64,000 nucleotides of DNA, taken from NCBI RefSeq assembly GCF_000315625.1, contig NW_005434625.1, positions 451,726 to 515,725 on the forward strand, in the 5' to 3' direction. Made by a program: the position numbers and the translations under genes. Of the stretch, positions 17,968 through 31,129 are shown piece by piece; positions within the stretch are counted from its first letter, which is position 1, and each line of letters starts with the position of its first letter. Origin of the DNA: Guillardia theta CCMP2712. Its lineage: Eukaryota > Protista > Cryptophyta. The notes under the pieces were generated by a model that was not told the DNA's origin, searched no databases, and saw nothing but the letters and a program-made list of their open reading frames with translations.

Positions 17968-20352
17968 TCATTGGCTTCTCCTGCAGGCTCTCCTTTGTGA
18001 AGCTATCCATGTCACCACTGTGGAATCAACGTCAAAAGGGTCCAGGAAGGAACAGCTGCGTCTCCACCTGATCACTGAGCTTGTCACCCGCTCAACCTTT
18101 GAGCCATCGGCCTCGAACTCTCGGAAGATATATTTGCGACTTGGAAGTGAAGATCCTTCTGCGCAACTCAATCGTCAGAGAGGTACGACGTCGTTGTAGC
18201 AAGCAGCAGTAAGACGAGGAAGATAGAAAAAGAGGTTCGGAGAAACAGAGCAACGGGAAAAGGAGATGAAATCGTAGTAGAGGATGTACCAATTACTATC
18301 GGTCCTGGTCGATTCACGAGCGTTTCGTACGCAGCCACGTCGACTTCACGTGGATGAGGACAGTATCTGCGATGAGTCCAATCAGAGACGGTAAGGGGGT
18401 TTAAAGGACGGTAACCTGACCCCCTTGATAAGAAGTTTGAAAGCCTGCCAAACTTCTCAACAACGCTGCAGAACGGTTGCAGTGGAGGACAGGAAAGGGA
18501 GGATTCAACAACCTGCCAATAGATTCTCAATGCGATCCTCTGAGGCATGAAGTATGCGCGCGGGCTGGACCACAGACTTATTCCTTTCGCTGCCTTGACC
18601 GGTTTCACCTAGAACTTCCTCAGGCCCCAAAAGACTAAGTGACGACCTCTAACCCGCAAGAAGGCATAGAATGGAGATCCGTTTTCACAGTTGGGCAGGC
18701 AAGTGACGCTGGCCAACATGACATCACACTTGTGCCAACCAGCTTCTAGTTCACATTGCAGAGTACCTCAAATCGATTGTTGGCATCATTCGAAATTGTG
18801 TCCTGTGCAGAGCGTCTTTCTGAGATTCAATGAGTCCCCTTCCAGCAAACTGAGTGACCAAAATCTTACTTTGGCTGTGCCAGGGATCAATGTGGCAGGG
18901 AGGGAACCCTCCAAACGCCATGCTCCTACAGGGAAAATCAGAACCCCAGAGCTTGGTTGAGCACTCGTTTACGGTTCATGTCAAGGAAGGGACTGACGTG
19001 AAGAGTCTTGGGCACCTTTGAGGAGTTTAGCAGAACTTTGAAACTAACGAGCAATCAAAAACTCACATTGTCTCCCTTCGGATCGAAGAGAAAAGTGACT
19101 CTTTCACCCCAGGGCTGGCAACATGGACGTCAATAACATTTGGACAGCACCAGTCGGAGTACACACAGTGTTCGTGACTTCCGCGATGCAGTTCACCAAA
19201 GTGCCATCCAAGCTGTGTGCAAAAGATGAGCCAGTAGTTATCAGTGTAGCATCAATCAAACTTGTAGCAATAGTAAACTGTAATCGGATTTTGATGGTAT
19301 CCGGCGCTTTTAGGGTTGGTGAAAAGAAGAACCTTCACAATTAAAGGGAGGAGTGTTGTAAAGAGAAGATTGTCACAAATCATTTCGTCAGATGCAATTG
19401 AGCTTACTGGGCCATCTGTCATGGCCATCTCCCTAGCTTGATCTGCAGACAGATGGTCTGGTGCATACAGTCAAACATAACAAACAAGAGCTACTGAAAG
19501 CAGGTTGACCTCCTTGGAACTGAGTGCAGCTATCCAGAGGAATGATATAGAAGTTGACATGGTAATCAAAGTTGTTTCTGAATTTCCGTCACTCATTTTC
19601 AGTGTGATCTTACAGGGAGGTAGGGGCGTACATCGCTTGCTCTTTCCGCCTGTGGCTGACAACCCCCTTCAGTACAGCAACTTCGCCTTCTTTCACGATG
19701 ACGGGGCTCTCATTCTCCTGCTTTTGTTTATCCCCTGGCCTGGAGGTAGAGAAAGAGAATCAGGGAATAAACAGATGACATGACATCGTCAAAGATGCCT
19801 CTTTGCCGCAGGCACCGTGAAGAAGAACCCATCTATAAACTGGCAGAAGGACTCAGCAATGGCTGAATAGGTCAGGCAATACCTCAATGATGGTTAAGAC
19901 CGGAAAGATTATCAGGCTTGTTACAATAAGCCATCCAGTCGATATCATCCCCTCAGTTTTGAAGGTGTAGTGTATCTTAGAAGCAAGCAAATCAAGAGCC
20001 TCCTTGAAGGTCGCAAGAGAAGGATACCTGTATCCCGAAGAAAAGAAGGAGTCCCAACACCAAGATGGCTATTGGTGCTAACAATGTATATATCAGGAGC
20101 GTCTGCAGAGAGAACTTAGTGAGGATATAAATGAATTCGGGCGATAATTCGCGAGCATTAGGATCGGGCGTAAGCTTCCGAGAAGTGCAGAACCTCCAAA
20201 GGACACGAGGAAAGAATTTTGATGGGCTCAGCCTGAGCATGGCCTACCTGAAGGACAAGAGGGAGTAGGAGCAGCAGCATTCTCGAGCACAAGATCAGCA
20301 GAGCTGCCATGATGAGCAGCAAAGGCCGCGACGACGGCATCGCCATCCCCAC
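17968..20352 (-). CDS. hypothetical multi-exon membrane protein
   Basis: Series of short minus-strand ORFs with hydrophobic segments separated by GT-AG intron-like spacers; no family recognised. Confidence 0.35.
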
Positions 20353-20911
20353 AACCCTTTTGTTGAGTCTTTACTCAAAGTTTTAAGGTAAAAATCAGTA
20401 CGAGATGTTGAGAATACGACCCTCCTTATAAGGACCGCCCGTTGCGGACACGTAACGGCGCCCCCTTCGGAGAAACAAAAAGAGACCATTGTTCTTGTAA
20501 AAAGAAAAAAGAGCTAAAAAAAGGGTTGCAAGTTTAGGGGGTAGGGGTGATCAGATGTTCGCATCAAATACGGTGGTGGGTAATATATGAGCACCCCTTA
20601 TAAGATGCTGAAAGTTGGGGTCCTGACAGGGTGGGTGACCACGGAATGCCAGGTCCGGTGCGCCAACCAGTAGTGCCTGGGGTGGTTGATTGCGCGCCAT
20701 TTTGCACAGCAATGCAGCCCTCTGTCTCCTCACGCTGAAACGTCAGGTCACCTCATCTCATCTCAGCCTGTGTACCTCTCTCCTCTCCCGCAACTTCTCC
20801 TTGCCTCCCTTCGTACTTGCGCCAAGTAGCTTCGTTCACTTTACAGCCAACAGAATCTCATTGCAGCTTCTAGGTTTGCCTTTGCCCACTACTGCCACGG
20901 TAGAGGGGAAT

Positions 20912-23335
20912 ATGTCATCAGAGGATAGGAAGATATGTTTGTTTGGGGCTGATTGCAAGTTGCGGGGAATAAGGGATGCTGAGTTGAAGGTTTGTCGAGG
21001 TTGCGACAAGCCGTTCCATCATTTATGCGCCTTCGAACTGGCTAGCTGCGACGAAGGGAATTCTTGCGGAACATGTGAGAAAGGGAAGAAAGTTGGGGGC
21101 AGCAGTAGGCCGCAGAAAAGACCACGTCAAAGCGAAGGTCCAACGGCAATCAACATGGCGGAGTATCGAGCGTTGTGCAACTTTCTCAGACAGATTAAAC
21201 CTCGTAGGGGTAGCACAGAGGCAGGAGACTCATGGATATTTGGTTGGGTGTGCACCAACCTTATGTGGAACCTGGTTTGCCGGAGTGAGTCGTTGGACAT
21301 CCTTCATCTGGAACATATTTCGTGGGAAGATGATGCCATGAAAGTGGTGCTGCATCGCACTAAACCCGGCAAAGCAAGAAATCACTCCGACTCATCAAGT
21401 TCACAAGTTAAACACGTTTTTGCTGCACCGGAGAGCCCTGAAATATGCCCGATTCTGATCCTGGGACTGTACACCTTCGCATCGAGAGGAATATGCATGT
21501 CAGAGCAGGGCAGCAAGCTTTTCATTGGGAGGGATCAGAGACATCGGTTTCAACAGCTTCTACAAAGGGTAGTGCGAGAAGAACATCCAGGCAACTTTGG
21601 GATCTCAGGGACGAAATCCCTCAGGAATGGAGGCATGTCGCATCTACTGGATATGATGGACGGACCAGGTATGATGTTTCATCATGTTTCAATGAAGCAA
21701 ACCGATGATTGGACCTGCACCAGGAGCTCCAACTGTATACGTCAGAGCAAATGGCAGGATAGGTAGGACCATTGCCGATTGAACGTTAAGATTCTCAAAT
21801 TGATGAAATTGTCAGGAGATATACAGGATCGATTCGTTTTGAGAGGAACCGATGGTGACAAGTTTGCGGGAAGAATTCTGGCGGGGAACGATAGCACAAG
21901 TGCTAAGTTTGGTGTGCTGCCTCCGCACTTCACACGGGAGGGATTGAGGCAAATCCAGTCGATAGGATGGGAGCGTTTCATCGATGGATACCATGAATTT
22001 CCAGCCGGGTTTCAGAAATGTACTGAATTCTTCCTCGCCAGTATTCTGTATCATCTGCCTACGCTGCAAAAGTGGTATCCTGGCAACGATCATTTCATAT
22101 GGGGGATGCCAATGTTTGGGGTCTTTGGAGCTGACACGATGCGAAGGCTCATGTTACTCCGACAAGAAGTCGTCGTTCCCATGCACAGATGTACAGAATG
22201 TGGAATGAAAGCCAGCGGTACGCCTTCCAAAACTGACATTCTGAGGGAACTTGGTGAGATGCGAGAGGAGATTCGGGAGCATATGACGGGTCGGGCAATT
22301 CCATTCACAGTATTCCGAAGTGCGGATCCAGCTGAAGTGGCAGCACAACCGCTGGAGCTATCGTCCGAGAGTAGTTCAAGCCATATTCCAGAGGCTAGCG
22401 GTATGCGATCTGAAGGTGTCTCAAGACCTGTATTGCGGGAAGCACAGGAAGGACTTACTGGTCTGAGCACCACAGAGATGTGGACCAACATGATGTCTAC
22501 TTTGAAGGAGTATATGAAGGAGTATATGAAGGAGCTGGTACAGTCAGAAACGGAGCGTATGAGGCAGGTGATACGGGAAGAGTTGATGCAGGTACTGGGT
22601 ACAACAACTCTCTCTCGGGCGCAAGGTGGTAGGGTGCGCGATGACGATGGGCAAGCGGGTGGAGATGGCGAGCGCTTTGAACCAACAGATGGAGACAATG
22701 CGGCGGATGATGTGATTCATGATGAAGATTCCAACCAGCCTGTTGAGAATGGATGTGCTGCAGTGTGTGACGAGAGCGGAATGGAGGTAGGGGGAGACGA
22801 TTTCTATTGGGAAGGAGAAGTCGACGGGTTACGTAAGCACATGGTCCCGAGCAACTTTAAGTTCCCTCTGCGAGTGCCGACAAGAAGCATGTTCATGTGG
22901 TGGAATATAGGGCAAGATATAGTTGATGAGCACGGACAAGTCAAGAGGATCCGTCCTTTGAAACACCTGAGGAAACCATGCTTTGCTGCAGACATAAATG
23001 ACTACAACACAAAAAGGAACATCAACAAAGCGAGAGTGGTGATGAATGAAATTGAGAAGAACTGCCGTGAACGGGGAGTTCTTGGTGAATCGGAAGAGAT
23101 CATGCCGCACAATCTGGTGGAATGTTACAGAACAGGATTTCGTGACTTGGTTGAGACCGTGTACGGCAAGGATGCATGGGTGGACCATGGGGCACGCAAG
23201 CATTTTAGTGGATATTCATACATTACCTACTACAAGAACCTGGGAATCATTCGAAGAGGCAATACGGGTGCTCAACAGTCACAGGCTGACAGCTCAGCGG
23301 CAAGCTATGCGGCGATGCTTTTAACGAATGTGTAG
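20912..23335 (+). CDS. Crypton-type tyrosine recombinase-derived protein (N-terminal Zn finger, YR domain, C-terminal GCR1_C-like region), probably inactive or domesticated
   Basis: Exons 20912-21668, 21724-21762, 21816-23335 (771 aa). WNLVCRS, HISWEDDAM, KHVFAAPESPEICPIL, GTKSLRNG, IQDRF, GDKFAGRILAG, LPPHF, FKFP..TRSMFMWWNIG..RPLKHL. Confidence 0.75.
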
Positions 23336-23551
23336 TAGCCTCCGTTACCTCCGAGTCGAACTTGCCAACTTGATTGAATAAATTAAACAGGCTCGGAAGA
23401 TCCACAAACTTGAAAGCCTTCTGAACTTGAATCTTTACTCGGCTCCGAAACTTGAATAAGCTGGCCCGGCACTTCCGGCCTGGGCCGCCGGGCCAAAGTC
23501 GTGCCGGTAGGTTCACTATCGGGGTGCCCGAAATAGCTCGGGCTAGCAGCG

Positions 23552-25232
23552 ATGGCGAGACCTGACGCTTTCGTCGCTCATGTCGTCAGGTTAGTCGGTC
23601 GGGATCACTGGGACTGCATCCCGAGTCCCATGGGAGCGTCATGAGTAGCTGAGCAACTGACATGCCATGTTGGTTCAGGGCAAACAAGTCCGCGAGCTAC
23701 AGAGCAAGGGTAAGACTTGTTGAGCAGTCCTGGGAGTTCCTTGGTGTGATGCGTGTGCATAGATTGCTGCTGTGGCCTCCTTCTTGTGCCTTCTGATTGC
23801 TGCGGTTTCCTTCACACGGAGAGAAGGATCAGCAACCGAGTTGGGCATGGGATCCGATGAGGTGTGTGCTCGCTTACCTCGAAATTCACTTGATTCACTT
23901 TGTCAAACAGAAGGTCAAAGGATGGGAGGATGGAATGTTTCCAGCGGTATATTTGCATGTGCCTTGTATCTCTTTCCCAAATCTGATCCGAACTCAGAAT
24001 GCCAAGTTCCCTGCTGGCTACAACTTCGGCAACAACAATGGTACCCTTCTGCCATAGCGATAGAGGTGGCAACGTTGTTGCTTACCCAAGTACTAGTCTT
24101 CGGCAAGAACGATGAATTTGGAGCTGGCGACACGTTTGGAAACGACAACGTGTTCGGAAAGGTCTGACAAGAGAGCATCTAGTCAGTTGCTAACGTACAG
24201 CTGTAATCAGGGCGACACATTCAGAGCTGGGTCACAGTTTCAAGACAGGAATTTCTTCGGCTCCCACGTGAAATTTGGGCCGGTAGGACTGCAAAGTGAT
24301 CGAAATCGAAGTGCTCATGCTGGGCAGGGATCCTCTTTGGGCGACAAAGAGACCATCGGCGGCTACTCGCAATTCGGTGACGGGGACCAAATAGGTGCTT
24401 GTTGATCCTGAGGGTTCGAACGATCTTGTTCATGACCTCACCTCCATCAGGGAGCAACAACCTTTTCGGACGAAGGATCACTTTCGGCAAGAGAATGAGT
24501 GCGTGCCGCGGATCCTGCGAAACTCTGTGATGCTGACGGACAATCTGTCGACCAGACATTGGGAATCGCAACGAGTTCGGCCCTCACTCTGAGTTTGGAA
24601 GAAGGACTGCCTTCGGTCACGAGAATCAATATGGAGCTCACACGACCTTTGGCGCATACTCTTCGTAAGACCGTGCTCGTGAACACGGCCCATGGTGATG
24701 TTGAGTCCTCAGGTTTGGAAAGCATGAGCAGTTTGGAGACGACACCGTTTGGGCCCCGAAGCATCAAACCTTGCAAGGAAAGGACATGTTTGGTCATGAC
24801 AACTGGGGGCTAAACGAAGATGAGCTGCCAAAGAGTGACAAGGAGACTTGGAAAGCAGTCAATGTGCGGAGATCATGGTCAAGTGAGACCCTGTTCTGAC
24901 TTCATTCATCTTGCACAGGATCCGGATTTCATTCCAGAGAATGACAAGGTTGCAAAGGCTATCTCCCTGAGATCAGCGCAAGGTAGCGATGCACAAGACA
25001 AGAAGTATGCTCAATTACAGCTGGTCCACCTTGACTAAAAGGATGACCCCAGGACTCGTTCTTCCACCAAACAGAACTCTTTGTTGAATACGATTTCAGC
25101 AGCAAACCGGGAAGCCCAGAAAGTTGACATGGCGCTGGGCAGGTGAGATGATCCAGAACTGGATGGTCAGTAGAGGATTTAAGAGCTTTTCACAGGATTT
25201 CCCAATCTATCTCAAGGAGACATGCAAAGTAG
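23552..25232 (+). CDS. type II membrane protein with FG-hexapeptide repeats (paralogue A)
   Basis: N-terminal anchor, GSDE, MGGWNVS, repeats FGKNDE FGAGDT FGNDNV FGK..., LQGKDMFGHDNWGLNEDELPKSDKETW; multi-exon, boundaries approximate. Confidence 0.65.
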
Positions 25233-25404
25233 AGCACCTCTGCCGATCAGAAATCATTGTGGAGGATGACGCTCATATAGTTTTTTGAGTCTTTACAATG
25301 ATTATGTACATGAGCGAGTTGAAGATTCTAGCCTCTATCTACTGCCTGCCCTTCATGCTGGAGGCATTACGAGCGGTATGCACGTGCAGACGGCAGGATC
25401 AGGA

Positions 25405-26226
25405 TCAACGCCTCTTGATCGCGGTGGGAGGAGGGACCTCCTTGGCTCCATGGCTGAGGAAATGCAGGAGCCAAGAGTCGCGCGATTTCTGATCAGCGCA
25501 GACCAGATATGCAGCTGAAGACCATCGGTCGTGAGCTAGCTTTGACGAGCTCTCGAGACTCTTCACAAAAAGAACTTGTGGACGAAATCGAAGTCCGCGG
25601 ACAGAGCATTCTGAGCAGTGTAAAGAAGCTATCTTCTTGTGGTCCTCGGAGTAGATTGAGAATGTGCCATCATGGCGGATGGAACAGCTGACTTGCTTGT
25701 TCGTGGGCTTTTCCATGCTTGTCCGAAGCTGAAGCATTTGACAGAATTCCTCTTCTTGATCCTTTAGATGAGAAACCCCCTTTCGATACTGCTTGCGCGT
25801 TGCATGAAGTCTTGGGGCTGGTGTGGGGGAGGACGTCGACCGTGCAGCAAGGGACGTCTGAACGTTTTCCGTCTTCACTTCGTGATTCGAGTTGAGAACT
25901 TTAGGAGGATGATCTGGCTTGAAGACGAAATTCGGGTAGTTGCGTGGAGAGGTCTGGGGAGAGCTGTATCCCAACAACACGCGCTGGATTTCCTCTCTCA
26001 TCTTCTGCAAGGAGTCGGAACCCTCGTCACACGTGTCGTGCTGGATAGATTCATCATTGTAAGCACTCCTTTTGAAGCAATCAGGCCATTCCTCCTCGTC
26101 GCCTTCTTCAATTCTAGCCAAGGATGCGAGGGAAAGGTCAACGTCCTTGTGCTTGTCCTCGTCGGGACGAGGTGGCTTCGCACTCCTGAGAGAAACTTCT
26201 TCCTTGTTCATTCGGCCAGAGGTCAT
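25405..26226 (-). CDS. hypothetical protein with C-terminal PH-like domain
   Basis: ORF ends with ...FSIYSED...CSVRG...YLVCADQKSRDSWLLHF, resembling the PH-domain C-terminal Trp helix. Confidence 0.5.
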   Translation of the reverse strand: MTSGRMNKEEVSLRSAKPPRPDEDKHKDVDLSLASLARIEEGDEEEWPDCFKRSAYNDESIQHDTCDEGSDSLQKMREEIQRVLLGYSSPQTSPRNYPNFVFKPDHPPKVLNSNHEVKTENVQTSLAARSTSSPTPAPRLHATRKQYRKGVSHLKDQEEEFCQMLQLRTSMEKPTNKQVSCSIRHDGTFSIYSEDHKKIASLHCSECSVRGLRFRPQVLFVKSLESSSKLAHDRWSSAAYLVCADQKSRDSWLLHFLSHGAKEVPPPTAIKRR

Positions 26227-26979
26227 GGCGTTTGATTTTGGTGAGCAGCAAATGCTAGCAAGCGAGCTTGCAATTATCCTATCCGGAAAGTGCAATATCT
26301 TGATGAGTTGGCAGGGTGGTTGCGAGAACAATTGATCACACGACAGGAAGCTGTGATCGCAGCGGAACAAGAGAAAGTTGGCAAGAAGAATTCAGCGATG
26401 AAGACAACTGGAATAAACCAGGAGACAATGAATACTGGAGAGGGAGGGAGGGGTCGAGGAGGAAGGGGAAGACGAAGATAGACCGGGGAGGGAAAGCCAG
26501 GAAACGGAAGGCGCAGTTCTGTGAAGGAAACCACAAGGGAAAGCGATAAAAACACGGCTGGGGAAGTGTGTGGTAATGAGGCGGATATCCACTACCCCTC
26601 CTTTCCTGAGAGATGATGTGGGATAGGTTGGGGTACTACCCAAGTTTGTTGTGGAACAAAAATTTGGATATTTCCAAACCCTGTAAGGCCCCCACCCAGA
26701 CTGTCAGCGGTTCCCCGAAATTGCATCTTATCATCGCATGCAGCCATCTTGAGTGTGCAATTGCTGACGCTAAGATTATCTGGAGATTTCTACCTGTCAG
26801 CATTGCTTATACCAATACCAGCAAGAGGTCTGAAAAATTGTCTTTTTAGAAAATGATGACACTAAGATGGTAAAGCAGGCACAGCCCTTACAGCAACGGT
26901 GTAATCATCCGGCCATGACCACGCGGGCACTGCCTAACGGCACCTGCAATCCACTGCCGTACTGTGAGTCATTACTGCC

Positions 26980-27830
26980 GAAGTCCGAGTCCGCCGCGGC
27001 GCGCCGGGCTGCCATCAAGCTGAGCCTCGGAGGCTGAGCCAACTTAGCCAACGGACTGTCGGACGGTCCCGTCACGGCAGAGTCCGGTCGACCCTCCGCC
27101 GGACTCGGGGATCGGACTCAGTCCGGAGCACTGCGGCAGCCGCGGCGCGGCACGGCGGGCGCCAATCTGATCCCAACGGTTCGGATCGTGCCCAGTGCCA
27201 GCGCCGCCGCCGCGCGCCGCGCGCCGCGCCGCGGCGGCGCGGCGGCGACGCCATCATGGCATGAGTATGACTCGATGATGCCACGACGGTCGCCGATGCG
27301 CGCCGCCCCGGGCCGCCCCGGGCCTGGCGCCCATCACCGGCGCCGCCGGTCCGACTGACTCGGACTCAACGGTCGCGCCGCCGCCGGGCCGGGTGTCGAA
27401 CGGTACGGTCGGTGAGCCTCGGCGGGCGCGACGACCGGCGGCCGCCCGGCGGCAACCTGGTGTCCGCACTGCGGCATGATCCGATGATCGGTGATCGGAC
27501 CCGGTGCCACGGTGACCGACCGTCGGCCCGGGCCCACGCCGCGCCGCGCGGCCAAGCCAAGTTGCGGCCGGGCCAGTGTGCCTAACTGATCAGTTTGCGG
27601 ATGCCACTTCTGAGAGTCCGACTGACGGACCGTGTACTAGAGTGGCACCGTGTGAGTGCCGCACTGCGGCAGCAAGCCTTGCCACGGACTCCCGGCCGCG
27701 GTGACCGTGACTCAAACTTCGGCGGCCCGCCGGGAAGGCGCTCAGCGCGGCGCCGGCTCAGTGCCCGGGCCGCTGCCCGGCGCTCACCGGGCCGGTGACC
27801 CGGTGACCGGGCCGCCAAATCACACCTGGC
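26980..27830. other. very GC/CpG-rich non-coding island between divergent genes
   Basis: Dense CCGG, CGCG, GACTC and GGTGAC words; only Arg/Pro/Ala-rich spurious ORFs. Confidence 0.55.
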
Positions 27831-28210
27831 GGTCCGTTGGGTGGAGATGGTACCGGGGAGGGGAAGTGAAGCAGGTGATGATGGGGAGGCGCAGGTGAGG
27901 AGGAAGTAAGCAGGGAGGACGAGGTACCACATCGAACATATCGCTATGGGATCGCTTACATACGTCAACGCTGAGTATTGGGAGATCCGGGGGGGTCGGG
28001 GCTTGCAACATCTAGACGTGGAGAAACGATGGCAGGTGGTCCTCGCTCACTTGTCAGCCCTCCCTTCCCTCTCTCCCTCCCCCTCTCCCTCTCCCTCCCC
28101 GTCTCCCTCTCCCCCTGAGTTTATCTGCAACGCAGGCTGCAAGAATCCTCCCGGATCGATCAGGCGCTGGCCCAGAAGGATTCTCCGTTCCTGATTGCCC
28201 TCTCGCAAGG

Positions 28211-29620
28211 ATGAAACTTGGCCCAGCCAGGCAGGACGAGGATGCGTCTGCCCAGGATCTCCCACCTGGCTCGCCACGGGACATCGCCAGGTATCGCCAG
28301 GAGTTTGACAGGCACGATTACCTCAACTCCGGCTTCGTGGCCACCAAGGAATTGAGAGAGATTCTGAAAGCACTGGGGCGAAACCTTTCCGACGCAGCCG
28401 CGAGCATCCTGCTGAAGCAGATCGACAGCGACGGCTCTGGCACCGTTGACTTCGAGGAGTTCCTTGGCGGGTGCTTCGGGATCAGAGAGCCTCGTCCGGA
28501 GGACAAGCCTCCTTCCCCACACGAGGTTGTCTACCGTCAGATGCTCGACTGCATCTACCGCGACGATCTGTCCAAGATGCGGAAATTGGCGGTGGAACAC
28601 GGGATCAGAGACTTTGTCGACCCTGTAACAGCGGTCGGATTGATCCATGTGGCTGCTCGGAGCGGAGGAGAGAGGATGGTTCTGCTTCTCCTTGAGCTGT
28701 CGGCCGATCCCAACGAGGTCACCGGTCGGTTCGCTCCTCTCCCCTCCATCGTCCGCTTCCTTCTGACGGGTCGGATGTTGCTGCAGACTCTGGGGAAACC
28801 CCTCTGCATTTTGCCGCAGAGAGCTCGCACAGGGAGCGAGGCAGGTTCCTCCCTCATCATCATCCTCCACCTCATCTGACTTGGCATGATCAGAGTCATC
28901 ACTGCGCTGCTGGCCGCGGGAGCCGACACAAGAACGAGAGATACGGACTCTTCGAACGCTTGTCTAGAGTACATGTACAAGGAGTCGAAGGCTTCAGGTG
29001 CCCTAGCGGTCTGCAGGAGGACAGGGCCGTAGTGCTGAGTGCTGCCCAGGATTTGCATGGGAGGATGACAGGGAAATGCTGGAGAGGCTGAAAAATCACC
29101 GGAGAAAGAATTTCGCAGCTCACGGATATCACCTCATGGTGAGATCAGAGGAATAGGAGCCACGCACAGTTGACATTACGCAGCAAAATCCGATGGACGC
29201 CATGTTTCAAGAAGAACAAGAACAAGGTTAGGAGAGGATGGATGATAAGTTGTGTTCTGACGAAACTTCTGCGACCCAAGAACAAGAGAAGACTCACCGC
29301 AAGCATCACAAACATCGTCGACATCATCACCATCACCATCACCATCACCACCAACAACCAGAAGAACAACAGAAGAAAACGAAAGAAAGGTATCCGACTT
29401 TTGCAGGTGAGGTTGCATGTGACGATGGTGCAGCTCCAGCAAAGAAGCAAAGGAGAAGGAGACTACCCAGGTCTCTTTATCTCCATCAGTTTTTGTGTTG
29501 TTTGACTCCAGTGTCAGGACTCGCTCACATGGTTGAAACGAGAGCACAGAAAGTACTCAAACATGTTGTGCTACAGACCGATAACTTGCAAATGCAGGAT
29601 ACGTCAAGCCAAGGATGATG
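28211..29620 (+). CDS. EF-hand pair + ankyrin repeat protein with His-rich C-terminal part (spliced; 3' end approximate)
   Basis: DYLNSGFVATKELREIL and DSDGSGTVDFEEFL; LIHVAARSGGERMVLLLLELSADPN, LLAAGADTRTRD; downstream HHHHHHHHHH exon. Confidence 0.65.
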
Positions 29621-29733
29621 TTGTGTTGGATTGAAACTGCTCAGTTTCGATCCTCCTAAACTCAAAACATACGTTATCCATCACGACAAAGTGCCAATCA
29701 AATTCATCAGAACTTTTACAAGGCTCCAAGGAA

Positions 29734-31129
29734 CTACTTTCGTGCTACTTGCCTGGCAATTCTGAAAAGAACAATAGCTCAGTTCATAATCGACATCACG
29801 ACAGTCTCACCTCTCTAGCCGCTTCGCTTGCGCTGAAGCTTGTTCGACAGCCTTCTCAATTGCCTTCAAAGACAACTTCTTAGAGTCCTTTGTTGCTGCC
29901 TGTTTAGCATTCTTCCTTGCCAAACTCAACACCTAGAAATCGCATCAAGGAACTGCTGGAATAAGATAGGGCGTGCGACCTTGTTTTGAATCTCCCTGTC
30001 CGGTTCGTATTCTGGACTAGCGGCAGCAGCTCGCTGCACAGCTTGTGAGCAAAGACCAACCAGCCACAAGTACAACTCAGCACCGTCCAAGGTTCCTTGT
30101 CGCTCTTGGGAAGGTCCGATTCCTGCAGGCCCCAGTTGCGAGTGCCGAACTCATCATGTCCTTGAAGATGCTCAGGTTCTACGAAGCTGCTTCGAGACCC
30201 AAACTCCTCGCCCTTTCCAAAGACTATCTCGCGCCCGAACATGGCACCACGACCAAACTCGTTGTTCTGTCATCTCACGTAAACCATTTCATGCTTCACA
30301 CAAGAGCTACACACCTTTCCCAGTTGATCGTGTGATCCAAACTGATCATAAGGTCCGAACATGTTCTCTTTCCCCAGTGAGACTCGCTTTGCAAATACAA
30401 CATCGTTTCCAAACTAGTCGACGTTTTAGCGAACGTTTCACACAGCTGAGCTTTTGCCAAGCTCCATCGGGATCGACCTGGTTTCTGTCGCCGATGATGC
30501 TTCCTTCGCCGATCACGGAATGAGCGCCAATGGTCTCATCATTTCCCAGCGTCGTGCCCGATTGAAACCTCTGGTTCTTAGCAAAGTTGCTGCAGAATGT
30601 CAACGAGACAGTCAAGGGAATGGATACTCAACATACTTCTTATCACCAAACTTGGACCCAGCGCCGAAGATGCTCCCCTTCCCAAACACGTTCTTATCAC
30701 CTGACAAGAACTTTAAGAACAAAAGCAAGTGATTGACACCAGAACTTTCCCACCAAATGTATCCCCTGCTCCAAATACAGAGTTCTTCCCAAACACGTTG
30801 CCGTCTCCAAACTTGTATCTTCAGGAGTGGGAGTCAAGAGACCACCGGCATGGAAGCACATCCATACCCGGCAGGAAATGTCGCTCCCGAAGGATACATT
30901 CCATCCTCCCATCCCTTCATTGTCTAACCCGCCGGTATCAGTGAACCACATAGTGACTTTCAACTACCTCGTCGCTTCCGATAGAGAGACTGACAGGACG
31001 TCCTGAGTACAGGACGAGGATGGTGCATGCAACGAGGAGGAAAGAAGCTGCAGCTGCAGCTACTGCTGCTCGCCCTCCTCTTCTCTCCGCGCGTCGATCC
31101 TGCACAGCATGGAAGAGCGCTGGCTGCAT
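29734..31129 (-). CDS. type II membrane protein with FG-hexapeptide repeats (paralogue B)
   Basis: AASFLLVACTILVLY anchor, GSDE, GMGGWNVS, FGDGNV FGKNSV FGAGDT FG..., HLQGHDEFGTRNWGLQESDLPKSDKEPW. Confidence 0.65.

Noticed and set aside
20350-23550. Active Crypton element with defined ends
   Set aside because: No terminal repeats were recognised and the catalytic residues are substituted.
27072-27968. Many overlapping Arg/Ala/Pro-rich ORFs
   Set aside because: Expected from stop-codon scarcity in a very GC-rich tract; no domain signal.
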